From Azolla caroliniana (Eukaryota > Plantae > Polypodiophyta): a stretch of DNA of 64,000 nt. The notes under the pieces were generated by a model that was given only the letters and a program-made list of their open reading frames with translations, was not told where the DNA came from and made no database searches. The position numbers and the translations under genes are program-made. The stretch is from NCBI GenBank assembly GCA_043228905.1, contig JBHGNT010000005.1, positions 7,192,001 through 7,256,000 of the forward strand, given 5' to 3'. How positions within the stretch are numbered: position 1 is the stretch's first letter; each line of letters opens with the position of its first letter. Of the stretch, positions 13,101 through 26,230 are shown in pieces.

Positions 13101-16100
13101 CTCATCTGAGCATGAGGAAAGTGGAACTGATATTATCAAATTGGATAACAAAAGAATATGGGCATCTCTAGGTAGAAAGATGGTCCACGGTAACGGACAT
13201 TTTTTACACACATTGGAGGATGAATTCATCATCGGCCCTCTGATATGGATATACATCTATCTCATGTGCTCTGTAGTGTGATGGGCGAATATAGATCCAC
13301 ACCTCTGGAAGAAGGAATCTGCTAATTGTATCATCAGGGCTGCTCATCATGTGACAAGGTTTTTGCCGCTGTACTTTATTCATGAAATAAGAGGGAGATA
13401 TCATTGCATCTGACCTAGGTTTTGCCCCACTACACAAGATAATGGAATATGAAGACCAACAATACTTGAGATTGTTCTTGCTAGAACTCAAGAGTTAAGG
13501 ACATCTATACAACCACACAAACTTATCAACAAAGAACAGTCACAAAATTCTTTAACCTCATCATGTGACAAGTCAATCAAGCCCTACACAAGTGGCCCCT
13601 GAAGTTGGGTTACAATAGACTGGACTAGCAATTTGTGGCGCATGTAGGCCCCAACCTTGTGAACCACAAACTTGCCACCCTTGTCATTGATAGATAAACA
13701 TCATTATCTCCTGCCATCATAGGTGCTTCCTTTGCTTAGGAGATCTCTCCATTTTAGATTGGCCTATGCTAGAGACCTTTTGAAGATAAAAATTACAATC
13801 TATCTGACTTCATGTAAGTAACTGGATTCTTTAGTCACTTTCATTTTTATTTGCTTATTTACTTAGTTACAAAGACAAGACAACATTTGAAGGTGTAATC
13901 TCTTATTTGGTGTTATAGGTCACTTTGACCTCTTAAAAGACATCCATATATTGTTCTTTCTTCTCTACATCTCTTGAGTTCTTGTAAGAATAGTTACAAT
14001 CACCATTTGTCTTTGTATTCTATGATCTTGCATAGTCAGTCAAAATAATAAATCCATCTAGTGATGTGTAAAAAGAATGGCTTGTAGTGGGTCATCTTCC
14101 AACCAAGAGAAATGATGATATATTCATGCGGGCTTAATTTCTTTGGAATGTGGACCAGATTTGCCAATTTTAATAATGGCAAAGGGTATTGCGAATGAGA
14201 TATCCAAGGAGGCAATGGAATTTGGGAAAAATTTAATGCCAACTCAAACAGAAATAAACTGGGGCTTCACAGAGATCCAATGAAAATTGTAAGGCTCAAT
14301 TCTTTTCAGTTAGTGACATTGTTAGCCAGAGCTATATCGGAATACTACATAATCATTTCTCCTTTCTATTATAAAAGGTTATATAGTTTTCATTCAGATT
14401 TATTTCATTATATATTTAAGATAAACTGCTGTGTGCCTGATAAGAATTTGATGAAGTTGAAGTGGAAGAAGTGTCTTGTTAAGAAATTCTGAAGAAGGCC
14501 ATAATTTATAAATCAGATTGTGCCAACCTCAAATTGGATTCACCATGAATGAGACATTGCCCTTCCAACTATGTAGACTACTACGCTAATGAAAACATCC
14601 CCTCATTTTTGTCCTTTGGCTCTAGACTAGACCATAATGAAAATCTTTATCTAGTACTCTAATGATCTTACAACTATTTGTTTGGATTTCTATTTTATAC
14701 TCTATCATGATATAATATTGCTAGTTGCAATCATGGTTTGTTTCATAGGTGATTACATTTTTCACATGGAGGTTCTATAGAATAAGTCACACTTATCTTT
14801 CTTTCCTGTCTCTACTTTCACATGGTGTGTGACCAGTATGTGTATTCACGTGGAGATGATGATCTTAATCTATGGAGGATCACTTAAAAGTCTAACAGTC
14901 TGCACTTCTATATATCTTCTATTTCCTTGTCCCCCTAGCCCCATTTGATTGTTTTGTGAATTTATTTGTGATTCATAAGCTCATGCCTTTTCTTTAATAT
15001 TTTTGAAGCTTGTAATAGAGCTGATTCTAGACTAGTGAATTACTAGATCTGTTTCCCAAGGATAATTTTAATACTTTTCTTCTCTCTATGTCTTTGTATA
15101 TATATGCGTTTAATATGTATATACATAATTATGTAATTGTTCTTGACTGTACTTACCAGTGATCCTTGTGTTCTTCTAGTGCTGATAGTTCAGAGAGAAT
15201 GCCCTTGTAGCAAAGAGATGCCAGAACATCGAGGGAGTTGGTTATGCTTAATTTATGATTTTTTCTTTTTTTGGGCTAAGATATGCTGCTCAGATGTTGG
15301 GTAGCAAAACTTGGATAAGGCACTGCATATAGTTTATTTCTGATACTGACATGCTGTTTTAATAGTCTTTGTCTTATACCAACCATCCTATCTTTTTCTT
15401 GTGACCTTTGAATGAAAGTGACTTCGAAGTTTCATCTGTATATTCCAGGGAGTTGTTTATGTATAATCTATGGTTTGTCTTTTTTTGGGTTAAGATATCC
15501 TGCTCAGATGCTGGGTAGCAATACTTGATACAAGGCGCTGCATGTAGTTTATTGCTGATACTGATGTGCTGTTTTAATAATCATTTTGGCTTATATCAAC
15601 CATCCTACCTTTTTCCGGTGACCTTTTAATGAAGGTGACTTGGAATGTCATATGAGACATGCAACAGGTTCATCCGTATATTCCAGTTTCATGGTAGATA
15701 GATATGGCCTTCGTATCTAGATTTGTTGACGGGCATCTTGAAAAATCTTTAACCCACTGAACAAAGGCCTTAAGTGAATAATATAGTGGATCTCAATGCA
15801 CAGGCAAAAGCCAGATTTTGTGTTTTGAGAATGCTAGCCTGGTAAGTTCATATCTGGCATTGGCATCAAAGTCTTTTCTGTTGATTCGCCCTCTAGTCAA
15901 AATAAAACAAGGGAAGTCCCTTTAATGACTTCTGTGATCCTTTTTTAACAGGCAGTATTCTTTCCTTGATTCGATATGGATGCATATTAAACAATATCCT
16001 CATAGAAAATAATATTACTTTCTTTATATGATGGTTGGAGGAGGCTAGAAACCAGATTTTCAAAGGAGAGCATTGTTAATGCGCATTACTGCAACGAAAG

Positions 16101-17742
16101 TAGTTTAGCTTTTCTTTTCCTTTCGCTTTTCCTTTCGCTTTTCCTTTTATATTTTGTTTCTCCTTTTCAAGACTAGGGATCTTGAGTTACAAATGGAGAA
16201 TTGTGACTTCAGTCAGATTGATTATATAAACTTGACCAATGAAGATGAGTATTTTCTGGCTGAATAGTCTTTTTCTCCCTTATTATTTTTGTTTGTTTCG
16301 TTTTATAAGGGGAAGAAATGAATCTTTTGTTCTTGCGTGGGATTAACTCCAATGTACTTATCTTCTTCCTCTCTCTAGTGTTTTCCTTTTCTTCCCTTTT
16401 AATACGTTAATATTTTGAGAATCCACGCTATACATTTTATGAAGGTCTTTATTACAAGTGGGCAAGACTAGGATGCCAGTGAGGAGAACAGTGAATGCTC
16501 TGTATAGCAGCAATTATAATATAAGAGGCGATAAGAGCCGCCAGCGGGTGAAGCTTACATCCTTTGATAAACTCATGCAAGTTACATGTGGTTCTATAAA
16601 AAATGTCCGGATGTGCAGTGAACCCGGTGCTAAGAGCAAACTGGCTGGAAAAAGCTCAATAACTGCACCAGATGCTGCGTAAGTTGATATATAAGTAGCA
16701 CAGTAGAAGAAGAAGAACATCACCATTTATATCTATTCATGGATGGTGGTGCTCATCTTCTTATTAAAAATCTTCTACTAATACACCATAGGCGGCCATA
16801 TTGTGTGCATCACTTATCTTTGCCTTTTTATTATTTTTCGCAGTGAGGTTCAATTGAAGAGCCCAAATTGGCTATATGGCCAAAGTAAGCACGAAGAACC
16901 ACCTTGGAAACAAAAGCTCCTTGGAGCCAATGTTTTGCCAAATGTAAAAAAGAAATCCGAGTGTCGTCAAAGCAGGGACTTGAATCGGCTTCTTGCGTTA
17001 GACAACTTTTGTGAGATGGAGGTTTTTGAAAGGTCTCTGCTCCTCTAGGTTTTCTGTATAAGCCTTCTGAGTAATATCAATTGATCAATTAGGTATCATT
17101 TCAGTAAGCATTGGAAGTAGTTGATATATAATCAAGCAGTGAGGATCCCAATTCATGTTGAGCGGAAGAACTCATTAAATTTCTGACCATCGTGAATCTA
17201 TTGTAGTTTGTGAATTTTTGAATCTATTGCAGTAGTGCTTGAATTTGTTTTGCATTATTGTTTCACCCAAGTTTTATAAATATGACTTTGTTTTTTCTTA
17301 TAGGTACTTTAAGTGGGCTTCAACTGAAGATGATGGTTGGTATGGCAGCAGTCTTCTTCCAGGATCCGTAGATGATAGTGAAGCAAATCGGCATTATGCT
17401 CAATTTTTTGAGGTACTTAATAAATCGACCTGGAAATTTTAATTTCTGATTTCTTTCTTTATCTTTTGATGATTGGCATTTATTTAAAACTTCCAGACGA
17501 CGACTTTAGATCCATTTAGCTCAGCTCCCGATGAGTGTGAGGATTGTGAATATTTTTGTCCGGATAAGATTCGTGATACAGAGGATGAGAGTGTATTGAA
17601 AGAGATGGAAGCTGCGATGAATGAGTACCATGCAATTGCAAAAGACTTTGGGAGTGTTGTAAGAGAGTTTGATGAGGAAGCCAGTGACTTGACTGAATTG
17701 ATACTCGGCCAAAATGAGCTCCAGCAATTCTTATTATCATGA
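1127..17742 (+). CDS. SAC1: SAC-domain phosphoinositide phosphatase, plant SAC1/FRA7 (FIG4-like), 16 coding exons
   Basis: Exons read with GT-AG ends and frame continuity: 1127-1243, 1451-1655, 1954-2119, 5360-5582, 7159-7235, 7316-7503, 7588-7685, 7812-7945, 8020-8154, 9102-9516, 9623-9744, 9822-9935, 16445-16678, 16844-17032, 17304-17412, 17497-17742(TGA). Motifs: [43 protein letters not shown], catalytic [12 protein letters not shown] (CX5R), and a C-terminal KLTSFDKL...[15 protein letters not shown] as in Arabidopsis SAC1. Confidence 0.95.
2241..5305 (-). repeat. Three copies of a ~90-170 bp dispersed repeat (probable RTE-like LINE 3' end) in SAC1 intron 3
   Basis: ttttaagaggccagaatgg...aaacaagag.ttac.tctta...tgtt...tctttgag...aaaataaat occurs at ~2241, ~3474 and ~5200. 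A partial copy is at ~10740 and a reverse-complement copy at ~13850-13945. Confidence 0.75.
4400..4720 (-). mobile_element. Ty1/Copia RNase H C-terminal remnant in SAC1 intron 3
   Basis: The minus strand gives [13 protein letters not shown]...[13 protein letters not shown] and, after a frameshift, [11 protein letters not shown]. This matches the Copia CEAIWL...CDNQSAIxLA...RTKHIExxYH signature. Confidence 0.7.
10237..10412. repeat. 73-bp tandem repeat, ~2.4 copies
   Basis: The unit atggatatctcaaggcaaagccaaaatccccagagg...gttatcag starts at 10237, 10310 and 10383; copies are nearly identical. Confidence 0.9.
10740..11950 (-). mobile_element. Degenerate LINE (RTE-like) ORF2 fragment in SAC1 intron 12
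   Basis: ORF 11090-11467(-) contains [35 protein letters not shown], matching the non-LTR RT N-terminal WxxxxIxPIxKxGDxxxxxNYRxI motif. Boundaries are approximate. Confidence 0.75.
12011..12325. repeat. 110-bp tandem repeat, ~3 copies
   Basis: Units start at 12011, 12121 and 12231 (ccattatgacaaaccattatgtatc...ctcaaggctagaaagtg...atcttgagcttgtcacttc). Confidence 0.9.
12450..13950 (+). mobile_element. Degenerate RTE-like LINE 3' portion with its tail, SAC1 intron 12
   Basis: [22 protein letters not shown] resembles the post-RT TKLxLFxxLVxPxLLYGxExW motif of RTE-like LINEs. The segment ends in the reverse complement of the intron-3 repeat. Confidence 0.55.
15233..15690. repeat. ~215-bp diverged tandem duplication in SAC1 intron 12
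   Basis: gggagttg.ttatg...taagatat.ctgctcagatg.tgggtagcaa...ctgatactga...caaccatccta...gtgacctt..aatgaa.gtgactt occurs at ~15233 and ~15448. Confidence 0.85.
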
Positions 17743-17792
17743 TGAAAATACTTCGAACATGTTTTCTCAATCGATCTCTTGTTTGAAATATA

Positions 17793-17938
17793 TTGTCATC
17801 ATGGTCTAGATTCCATCTAAACCCTAACCCTAAGCCCTTATCCTAAATCCTGTTATAATGTCAATTTTGTCATCATGGTCTAGATTTCATCTAAACCCTA
17901 ACCCTAAACCCTTATCCTATATCCTGTTATAATGTCAA
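17793..17938. repeat. 74-bp tandem duplication containing telomere-like motifs, just 3' of the SAC1 stop
   Basis: Two copies of ttgtcatcatggtctagatt.catctaaaccctaaccctaa.cccttatccta.atcctgttataatgtcaa. Confidence 0.9.
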
Positions 17939-20005
17939 AGATATGATTGATCGGTCGATCATCTTCCATCCTGTACCATTTGTATGCAAATTTTAGTGTG
18001 GTCAATAATGGATACCATTGAGCTTATGCAGCATGTGAACTTTGTAACATTTGTTCCTGTATATGCATAATGAACCCTTGGTTCTTCTTCCATTCAAAGA
18101 ATCACAACCATTTGTAATATTCTATTAGCTTTTGAAAGAGAAACTGTATGTAAGAAGATTTTTGTTTTTCCTGACTCTTCTTTCACCTTTCATCAAATTT
18201 TTATGATTTGTATCATTATATTGGCTTTGAGGAAAACCCAAGTAAAACCTTATTTTTATTAAGCTGTGGTTCAAATCCCATGAATTAATTTACTGGAGGA
18301 ACAGAAAATAGAGAATGTGATGAATAAAGAATCATCAGAAGTATATCAAACTACGATGCTGAAATCAGTTTACTGTGGTATGAAACGTTCAAAATTTTGC
18401 ATTTAAAGGTTAATCGTGAGTTGAAATCTGTTCTTTCTTTCCTCTTCTTTGGCCTGTTCTCACATGCTGGGGGTTATATATCAGCTGGATATTATAAATC
18501 CTAATGGTGTTTTTTTTTTTTGCATTTCCTGGTTTATTGGGAGCTTACTACAAATTCATTCTCATAAATCCTTGGATCTAAATTTTGCATTTGAAGGTCT
18601 ATTGCGAGTTTATTTATTTATTCCTATGTCTCTGACCCATTCTCACATGTTATATACCGGATATTTTAAAAACCATCCATGGACCGATATCTGCTTTTTT
18701 TCTTTTATGTATCTCTTCAAGATGAGGGGAACAAACTGATGGATCTACAAGAATTTCTAGGATTTTGACCATGTCAATTTAGAAAAGTCTATTGAAGATG
18801 GATCAAAGTCGTTTCACCCTGAATTGATTCAAACATGAATCAATTAGTCAAATCACACTCAAGGTGAAGCATATCATTGATGACCCTTAAGAATGGGGAT
18901 GAATTCATACCCTTGATCACTCTAAGAAATATCTCCAACCTCATTCCTCATATCTTCCAAGCAACATGAATCAGACCAAGAATATGTATATATCCACAAT
19001 TGTGCAATCTCATTCTCAACTGCGAAGTGATAACTACATAGGCTTATCATGACACAGTAAAATCGGTTATTTAGCAAATCAATCAGAAATCTGTGGAATT
19101 GAGGAGTATATTCCCAACCCAGTCTACTCATCACATTGACATACAAGTAGCTCCTTCATTCAATTATGTTAGATCCTTTCAGCCCAATCTGAAAGAATGC
19201 AATGTTTTTATGCATATTACTTTAAGATGTCACGTGACAGCACAAAGGTGATAATATTGTATCTTTTCCTTTAGCCCTTCTATGTTTTCTTTACTCAATT
19301 CCTGCCCATTCCTATTAATGGTCTTGGGTGGATAATCACTCTTTATGAAATGTCATTTAGTGGTGAACCCTCGTGCAGAGTGGATATATCTTGTAAAGTG
19401 AGTGACTAAAACTTGAAAGTATAAATAATCTTCAGTATGCTTTGAGTTAATTTTCTACATAATTCCTTGGAGAGTTTGACACCAAAATTTGAACAAGAAT
19501 ATTAGCACATGCTAGAGGGCAACAAAATTTGAGGTAAAAAGTGGGTAATGAAAATCTAAACAATCATCAATCAACAACAGGGAAAATGAAGCATGTTCTG
19601 TCCCATCATTGTGCAATCTGAACTGCCAATTCAAATAATACCAGTGGCAAATCATCCACTGCACATATTCATTGTGTCATTTACATCCATAATGGTAAAT
19701 GTTATCAGGCTTGTAAGCCACTGACCAACTTGTTGTATCTGAAAAGTATCTCAGCTATTTTTACTCGCACTTCAAAATTATATACACTGATTCAAAAGAA
19801 AAGATTTAAATTGTAGTCATCAGCTAATAACACATCCAGGTTAAATGCGAGGACTATCTGCAATAAATCACAACATGTCAATAGGCACGAAAGCTTGGCG
19901 ACCATTTTTATTCGTATGAATGAGTTGAGCATAAAACAAGTCCCAAACTCCCGAAATGGAAGCTTCTAACTTCATGTAAGGCAGGAGAACTCACACACGC
20001 ATTCA

Positions 20006-23000
20006 TCAGAAGTAGGTTGATTGTGGATGTAGTATATTAAGATGAGATAGTATTCTGGCTGCGAGAGGTCTAATCAAATTTGCACCGTCTTGCGTTAGTG
20101 AGACAAGAAGCATTTGAGCCATGCTCCCAAATTCCTTCCTGTATTCTTCTTTCCTAAAAATCTTCTCCAAGATCAACAAAGCTTTCTCTTGCACTTCAAC
20201 ACTTTCCGAATTAAGCTTCCTAATTATAGGTTTCACACCACCATATTGAACAATGAAATCTGACCCCTTCTCCCAGAATTCGTCACTTACAAAAGTAAGC
20301 AATGCACTTAGAACAGCCTCATCTTTTTCATCTTCCTTATCATCCAAAGCTTTTATAAGTGGAGGCAATGCACCTGCTTCCAATAAGCAAAACGTTTCCT
20401 GTATAGAACAGACTCCTCCATGGAGAATGCACCCAGATTGACGAGGATCACCTGAGAAACAACACCACCCGCCCGACTTCTTCATTGGTTTGCTTAGATT
20501 TCGAGTATTTTCTGAAAGCTGTTGCAATGACATGGCTGCCCTACTCTTAACCAAAGTTGTTCCAGACTTGAGGAGGCTTACCAATAAAGGAACAATACCC
20601 TGTTTTGCAGTATATTCTTGAAGCCGTATGTCTGTCGAGAGCGTGAAACGTACAAGTGTCCACATGGCATTCTCAACCAACGGAACACTTGATGCCCCCT
20701 GTCTTCGAGAGACAAATGCATCAAGAATGGACACAATGGAAGTGAGTATTCCTTTTTCAAGCATCCTGTCTGTCACTTGCTTGTTATATAAAGGAAGATT
20801 CCCTAGTATGCCCATGGCTGCTGTTTTCTCTTCATCGAGCAACTCAGATGAGAAAATGTTGACAATAGTGCTGTAAAAATGAGGCGTCATTTCCTCAGCT
20901 AAAGTGTCTGCCCCTCCATCTTTTGTCAAGAAGCATAAGAGCTTTAATGTATATAGACGTACCTTGGTGTCCTCTGAATCCATGAAATTCATAAGCAACT
21001 GAATGCTTCCACTGCCTCTTAAAGTCTCTCTTAGACTCACTGAAGTGGTATGACTACAGATGTAACTCAAGGCTTTGAGGATATGGCCTTGTATACTGGT
21101 TCCTGTTATATTTATAAGAGAAATGAGCTTTAGGATAGTTTCATCAATATCCCTCTGGTTACCCCATAAATCCTTGATATTCATTGGTTGACTTGCCATT
21201 GATAAATTTGCGATTATGGCTGCCGCATGCTCTCTCATAGTAGATCCTATAGATTTCACTGTGAAAAGGATATCCAACAAGGGTTCCATTACTCCAGCTT
21301 TAATCATCAGATCTCTATTTTGTTCTAAAACGGAAAGGTTTTGCAAGGCTCCTAATGCTGCAACCTTGCATTCCATGTTCCCTGATGAGATCATTTTGAC
21401 TAGGGGACCTAGAACCCCCTCTTGAACCAAAAACGTTCGGCTCTGATTTGACAATTGCATTTCAGACAACTTATTTGCCATCAGGACCTGAGTTTCAAGT
21501 GATCCTGTTGCAACAAACAATGAAATATTGGCCACATGAGCTTCTCGTCTCCAAATTGCTAAGGCTTGATCATTAAATATCTTATATACTTTATTTACTA
21601 ATCAAGCCTGACTCCAAAATGCTAAGGCTTCATTAATAAATTTAGTATACAAGATATATGAAGATCACTACCTTGTACGAAGAATATGGATGACCTGTCT
21701 ATCCTGTTCTATCAAGCAAAATTCTTTACTTTTAAGTCATGATAAAGATTATAATTAGAAATTCACAGGATTATGTGGACCGATAATCATCCTCTGGAAT
21801 CCAGATATAGTTATGGATCCAAAGCACTGTGCTACAGCTTCCTCCAAACAGTGCTTAAGAAGAACCTCACCATGGAAAAAGGTCCCCAGACATATAGTTA
21901 AGAGGTAAAAGGGAAATAATAAGGAGAAGTATGTGTGCATGTTGAACCTCTCTTGATGGATAAACAATCATGTGAAGAAGGCATTCAGATTGATCCACAG
22001 GCATCATCCAACCCCAGATAAGGCCATGTGCTATCTAGGAAGTATTGTACTACACTTCCTTATAAGAGATAGATAATGAGAACCATTCAGCTATATGTAT
22101 AAACCAAAAGAGCCTGGTACGTGCCATGGCAGTGCATTAACAATCATACAAAGAATGGTCCTAAGATGAATAGAAAGGTAGAAAGGCATCATCAAACAAA
22201 CAATGTGTAGAGCTACTTCTAATATATGCATAATGAGATCAAGAAAATAAGAGAAAGAAAAAGAGCAACCTCTATCACGGGATTGCAGAATGAGAGCAAC
22301 AAAAACCTCTAGTGTAATATCAGACAGAGAGAGAGAGAGAGAGAAACCTTTCTCAAGAGATTGAATGAGTGGTTTGAAATAATTGACTTCTGCCATGAGA
22401 ATAACATTGATGTCACTCTTTGAAAATAGCTCCAAAAGCTCCACTCCATCAGCAGCAGAATGTGGATTTTCTGAATTGGCTATGGTAACCAGCAACAAAA
22501 TACATCCCTGCGATTTAGCAATCTGATGGCATAACCTTTCTTCTTTTGCAAGTTCCAAGAGTAAAGCAACTGCTTGTCTTGACTCGCCTGCATCTCGAGC
22601 TAGGGAGTGCACAATACATTCTATTGCTCCCGCATCACACACTTTTTGCTGAAAATGAGTAATAGCATCAGACATGCACCAAAAAATATAAGATATTTTA
22701 GGCATTTTTTATACTTTTTCAATGTGAGGCCAACTTCCCTTCATGTTTCTATAAAGCGTTCAACATTATGAGTTTCTACAAGCAATGTTCTGTACCTAGA
22801 CATGCTCGACCTCATCTACAGAAGCGTATAATGTTTGGTCCTAATAGGTAAAGTGGGAATCACAGTAGCAAAATGTTCTTGGTTCACGTATGTCAAGCTT
22901 TAATTCAGACAATGCATGTGGCACATTCGTGGCTATAAAAGTTCTGTCTTTGTTCGACAATAGAAAATGTCTTAAGACTTCTAGTGGTTGTTTCTTCAAA

Positions 23001-25141
23001 GGAATGACAAGTGTTCTCCATGTGAACATTCAAACGTTTGATCATACAACACATTTCCATGCATAAAAGCACTTCTTGTGATTGAGGCACATGTACATGC
23101 AGTAAAAAGCATGTCCTATTTCATAAAGATGCTTGGCCAAGGGCATCATGTGATTCTGAGCTGTACACATCCTATACAATGCAGAAAGTGTACATTAGAC
23201 TATATTCCCACAAAATGCTTCCTTTTAACCGTACTGCATCATGCTTTGGTCACTTTTCACTGCACATGTCAAACGTTTGATTGTAGAATGTGTGCCACAA
23301 GTTCACACACACATAAAAAAAAATTCTTCTTTCATGAACAAGTGATAAACTGCAATGTGAGAATTTTAGTGAGAAAATTCCTTAACACTTCTTGTGATTG
23401 TCAACACAAAGGATGTCTATGCTCTCCCAGCACCAATGCCAAATATTCAATCATACAGTGCATATACATTTTAACATGAGTAAATAAATAAAAGATGTAC
23501 TTTTAATAAAGATGCTTGCTTTATGGTTCACCACCCCAAAATGGGTTCACAACACTAGTCCTAATGTAGGTTCTTCATATTGAGAAAAAATGCCTAAGAC
23601 TTCTTGTGGTTCAGATGATGACTGTGTTTTCCCTCCATGTCAAATGTTCGACCATACAATGCATGTAGCACATTCTATGATAATAAAGACATGTCTTCTC
23701 AATGATCATTGAAGGTCCTAATCCACAACGTTTGAAAAATATCTAAGATTTCTTGCAATTGTTGATTCGAAGGATGGGCAAATTCTCCATGTGATCATAT
23801 CAAATGTTGGACCATAGTTGCATGTAGCAAATTCACATGCATAAAGAATGTCTTCTCCCATGAAGATGCTCAGACAGGGCCCATGCACTCTAACACACAA
23901 AAATGCAAGCTTACAAATAAGAACATGTTTGTCCTTACCTTGTTTTCTGAATGATCTGCTACAAGCGAGTTCAAAGTTATGAGTGTTTTTCTCCGGAGGT
24001 CTCGTTTATTTGATTTAAGAAGGCCCACCAATACCGGAATCAGACCTTCAGCAGTAACCCAATATTTAGCCACGGGCCTCTCTTCGCACATGTCTTGGAT
24101 TTCAAGCAAAGCTTCAAGAATCTCTTTTTCATCCACAGATTTGAGACGTGAGGCTACTGCTGTTACCTTCATCATTGCATTACGCTCTTTCCATTCCTCT
24201 ATAGATTGCTTCAATAGCCTATTGGGCTTCATTGATAAGCTTTGAAGTTCTCTCTTTGTTACAGGACACACCGAATGACCTTCCTGAAACCACTTCTGTA
24301 TGGCTGACATCTCAAATGTGTATCCAGATTCAATTTCAACCGGTTCTTCCATCACATCTTGTGTTATAGGGCAATAAAAGGTTTGAAGGGGTGGTAGAAT
24401 GTGACCATTTAGCCAGCTCCTTTGGTCTTGGTAGTGTTTTTCTCTCTCTATTATGATACTCAATTCATCCGCAAAGCGAAGTAGAGAGAGGATTCGTCCA
24501 ATGCGAACAGCCTCAGTTTCTTGTTTATCAAGCTCTAAATTTTCTCTCTCTTTTCTTAACTCATTATATTCATGTCTTAAGGAACTCGGATCAGAAGAGA
24601 CCCCTGCCAATGTAGCAATCTTAAGGAGAAGTTCATTTGAATATTTGTTATCTGCTTGTTGATTCCTTGCATTAAGTTGAATCTCATCCATTAGATCTTC
24701 CTCAGCTGTTGACACCCTAATCTGCACTGATTGCAAATCGTTACAGAGAAGTTTAATCTTGTTCTTTAATTTTGGGCTAATCTCCATTCCATCTGATGAT
24801 GACGAAATGCGAAGAAGAGCTTGTCCCAAAGACCCAAGTATAGTTTGAATACATTTGGCATATGAAGGGCCATTGAGGAGCACATAGAATCTACTCTTAC
24901 TTGTACAAATGCTGATAAGCTGCTCAGCATTCTTTAACTCTGCTTCAAGAAGGGGTATTATGGTTTGCAAAGGGGCTGAACCCATTCTAGAACCTTCTTG
25001 GACCTCTTTGAGGACAGATGAGATTCTCTTAAAGAAGGAGGATAGCTGAAGAAAACATCCATGGCAAACAGGCACATGGTTCGATGCGTCTGAAATCTGA
25101 GAGAAATGCTCCAGAAGCTGTGTCAATGGCAGCGGAATCAT
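20006..25141 (-). CDS. U-box/ARM-repeat E3 ubiquitin ligase, PUB43/PUB44 (SAUL1)-like, ~1000 aa, 3 coding exons
   Basis: Exons 25141-23939, 22648-22348 and 21504-20006 total 3003 nt. U-box PLQTFYCPITQDVMEEPVEIESGYTFEMSAIQKWF...CPVT...PNRLLKQSIEEW; ARM repeats; the CxxHGGxCSxxxTFCLLEAGA motif and the terminal ARILSHLNILHPQSTYF are typical of this clade. Confidence 0.93.
22900..23870. repeat. Degenerate repeat array in the first coding intron of the PUB gene
   Basis: caaa(c/t)gtt..a(c/t)cata...catgt.gcaca..t...taaa...tgtctt recurs at ~23031, ~23270, ~23641 and ~23801, with aagacttct.gtggtt twice. Confidence 0.6.
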
Positions 25142-25825
25142 ACTGAAGGATTCCTTTGAATAAGCTTTAGTATTCCATACAAACCCTGATCTCGTGAAAC
25201 CCTAACCTCACAAAAACCTATCCATGAAAACCCCAACCTCCAGAACCCTATAAAAAATATCTGATTCATACGAACCCTCAAAACTCTATCCACACAAACC
25301 TTGTTCAAGAGGCGTGCCCCTATCTATACAAACCTAATCTTCACCATTCCACACAAACCCTAATCTAAAAGAGGAAGAAAATCCCTATTCATACAAAACG
25401 AAACACAGAGGGGACCAAATTCTTAATTTCAATGAGACTTCAAATCCTAATTTTCCATAGGTTCAAACCCCTATTCATATAAAACCGCGCATCGCACAAA
25501 ACAATAACAATCCATGAAGTCGCAGAAGTCCAAAAACCATATTTATACGAATCTGACAGGGGATCCAAACTCGGATGCATACATATCCAAATCTGACAGA
25601 GACGATGCCCCCCGGAACCGGATGTTAAAGAGAAGCAGAGAATTAGAAACAAGGCCCTGACCTGTCCAAAGACAACCGATCAGATCAGGAAAATGGTCAC
25701 CTTGAGCTCTGTGCGTCTTGCATCTTTTGCTCTGTTGCAGGATTAGATGAAGTTTCAGCAGAAGCAGCAGTCCTTTCCTTAACTCTTTTCTTCGTCGTCT
25801 CTTCCGATTCATCGCTCGTCATGCC

Positions 25826-26230
25826 AACAAGGCATGACTTGCCAGGTGGACTTCCCCTCCGTAGGGACCCGCGCCACATCACCGCCAAGTCATCGCCGTA
25901 TCATTGGCCACATCGTCCGGGTGGAGGGGGGCCGTGCCACATCATCACTACCATGGTGCCATGTAATCCCACATTAATGGGCATCATGGATATGCAAAGC
26001 CTCTCCATTTTAGTTTGTCCTTATGGATTCACACCAACGGCACGACTTGCCACGTGGACTTCTCCTCCGTGGGGGGCCCGCGCCACGCCACTGCCAAGTC
26101 CTCAGCCATGTCATCGGGGCTTGTGCCACATCATCGCTACCATGTTGCCATGTAAGCCCACACTAATGGGCATCATGGATATGCAAATGCCTCTCCCATT
26201 TTAAGTTTGTTCTTTTATGGATTCACACAA
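25826..26230. repeat. ~200-bp GC-richer tandem duplication directly upstream of the PUB gene
   Basis: Copies at ~25826-26033 and ~26035-26229 share gacttgcca(g/c)gtggactt...cccgcgccac...gtgccacatcatc.ctaccatg.tgccatgtaa...taatgggcatcatggatatgcaaa...tatggattcacac. Confidence 0.88.

Noticed and set aside
15180-15240. Extra SAC1 exon (ag...gt bounded)
   Set aside because: It has an in-frame TAG, and exon 12 (ends 9935) joins exon 13 (starts 16445) in frame without it.
25180-25480. Interstitial telomere (aaaccct motifs; also 17818-17910 and 34935-35230)
   Set aside because: These are scattered single motifs, consistent with ordinary telo-box-like sequence near genes rather than a tandem array.
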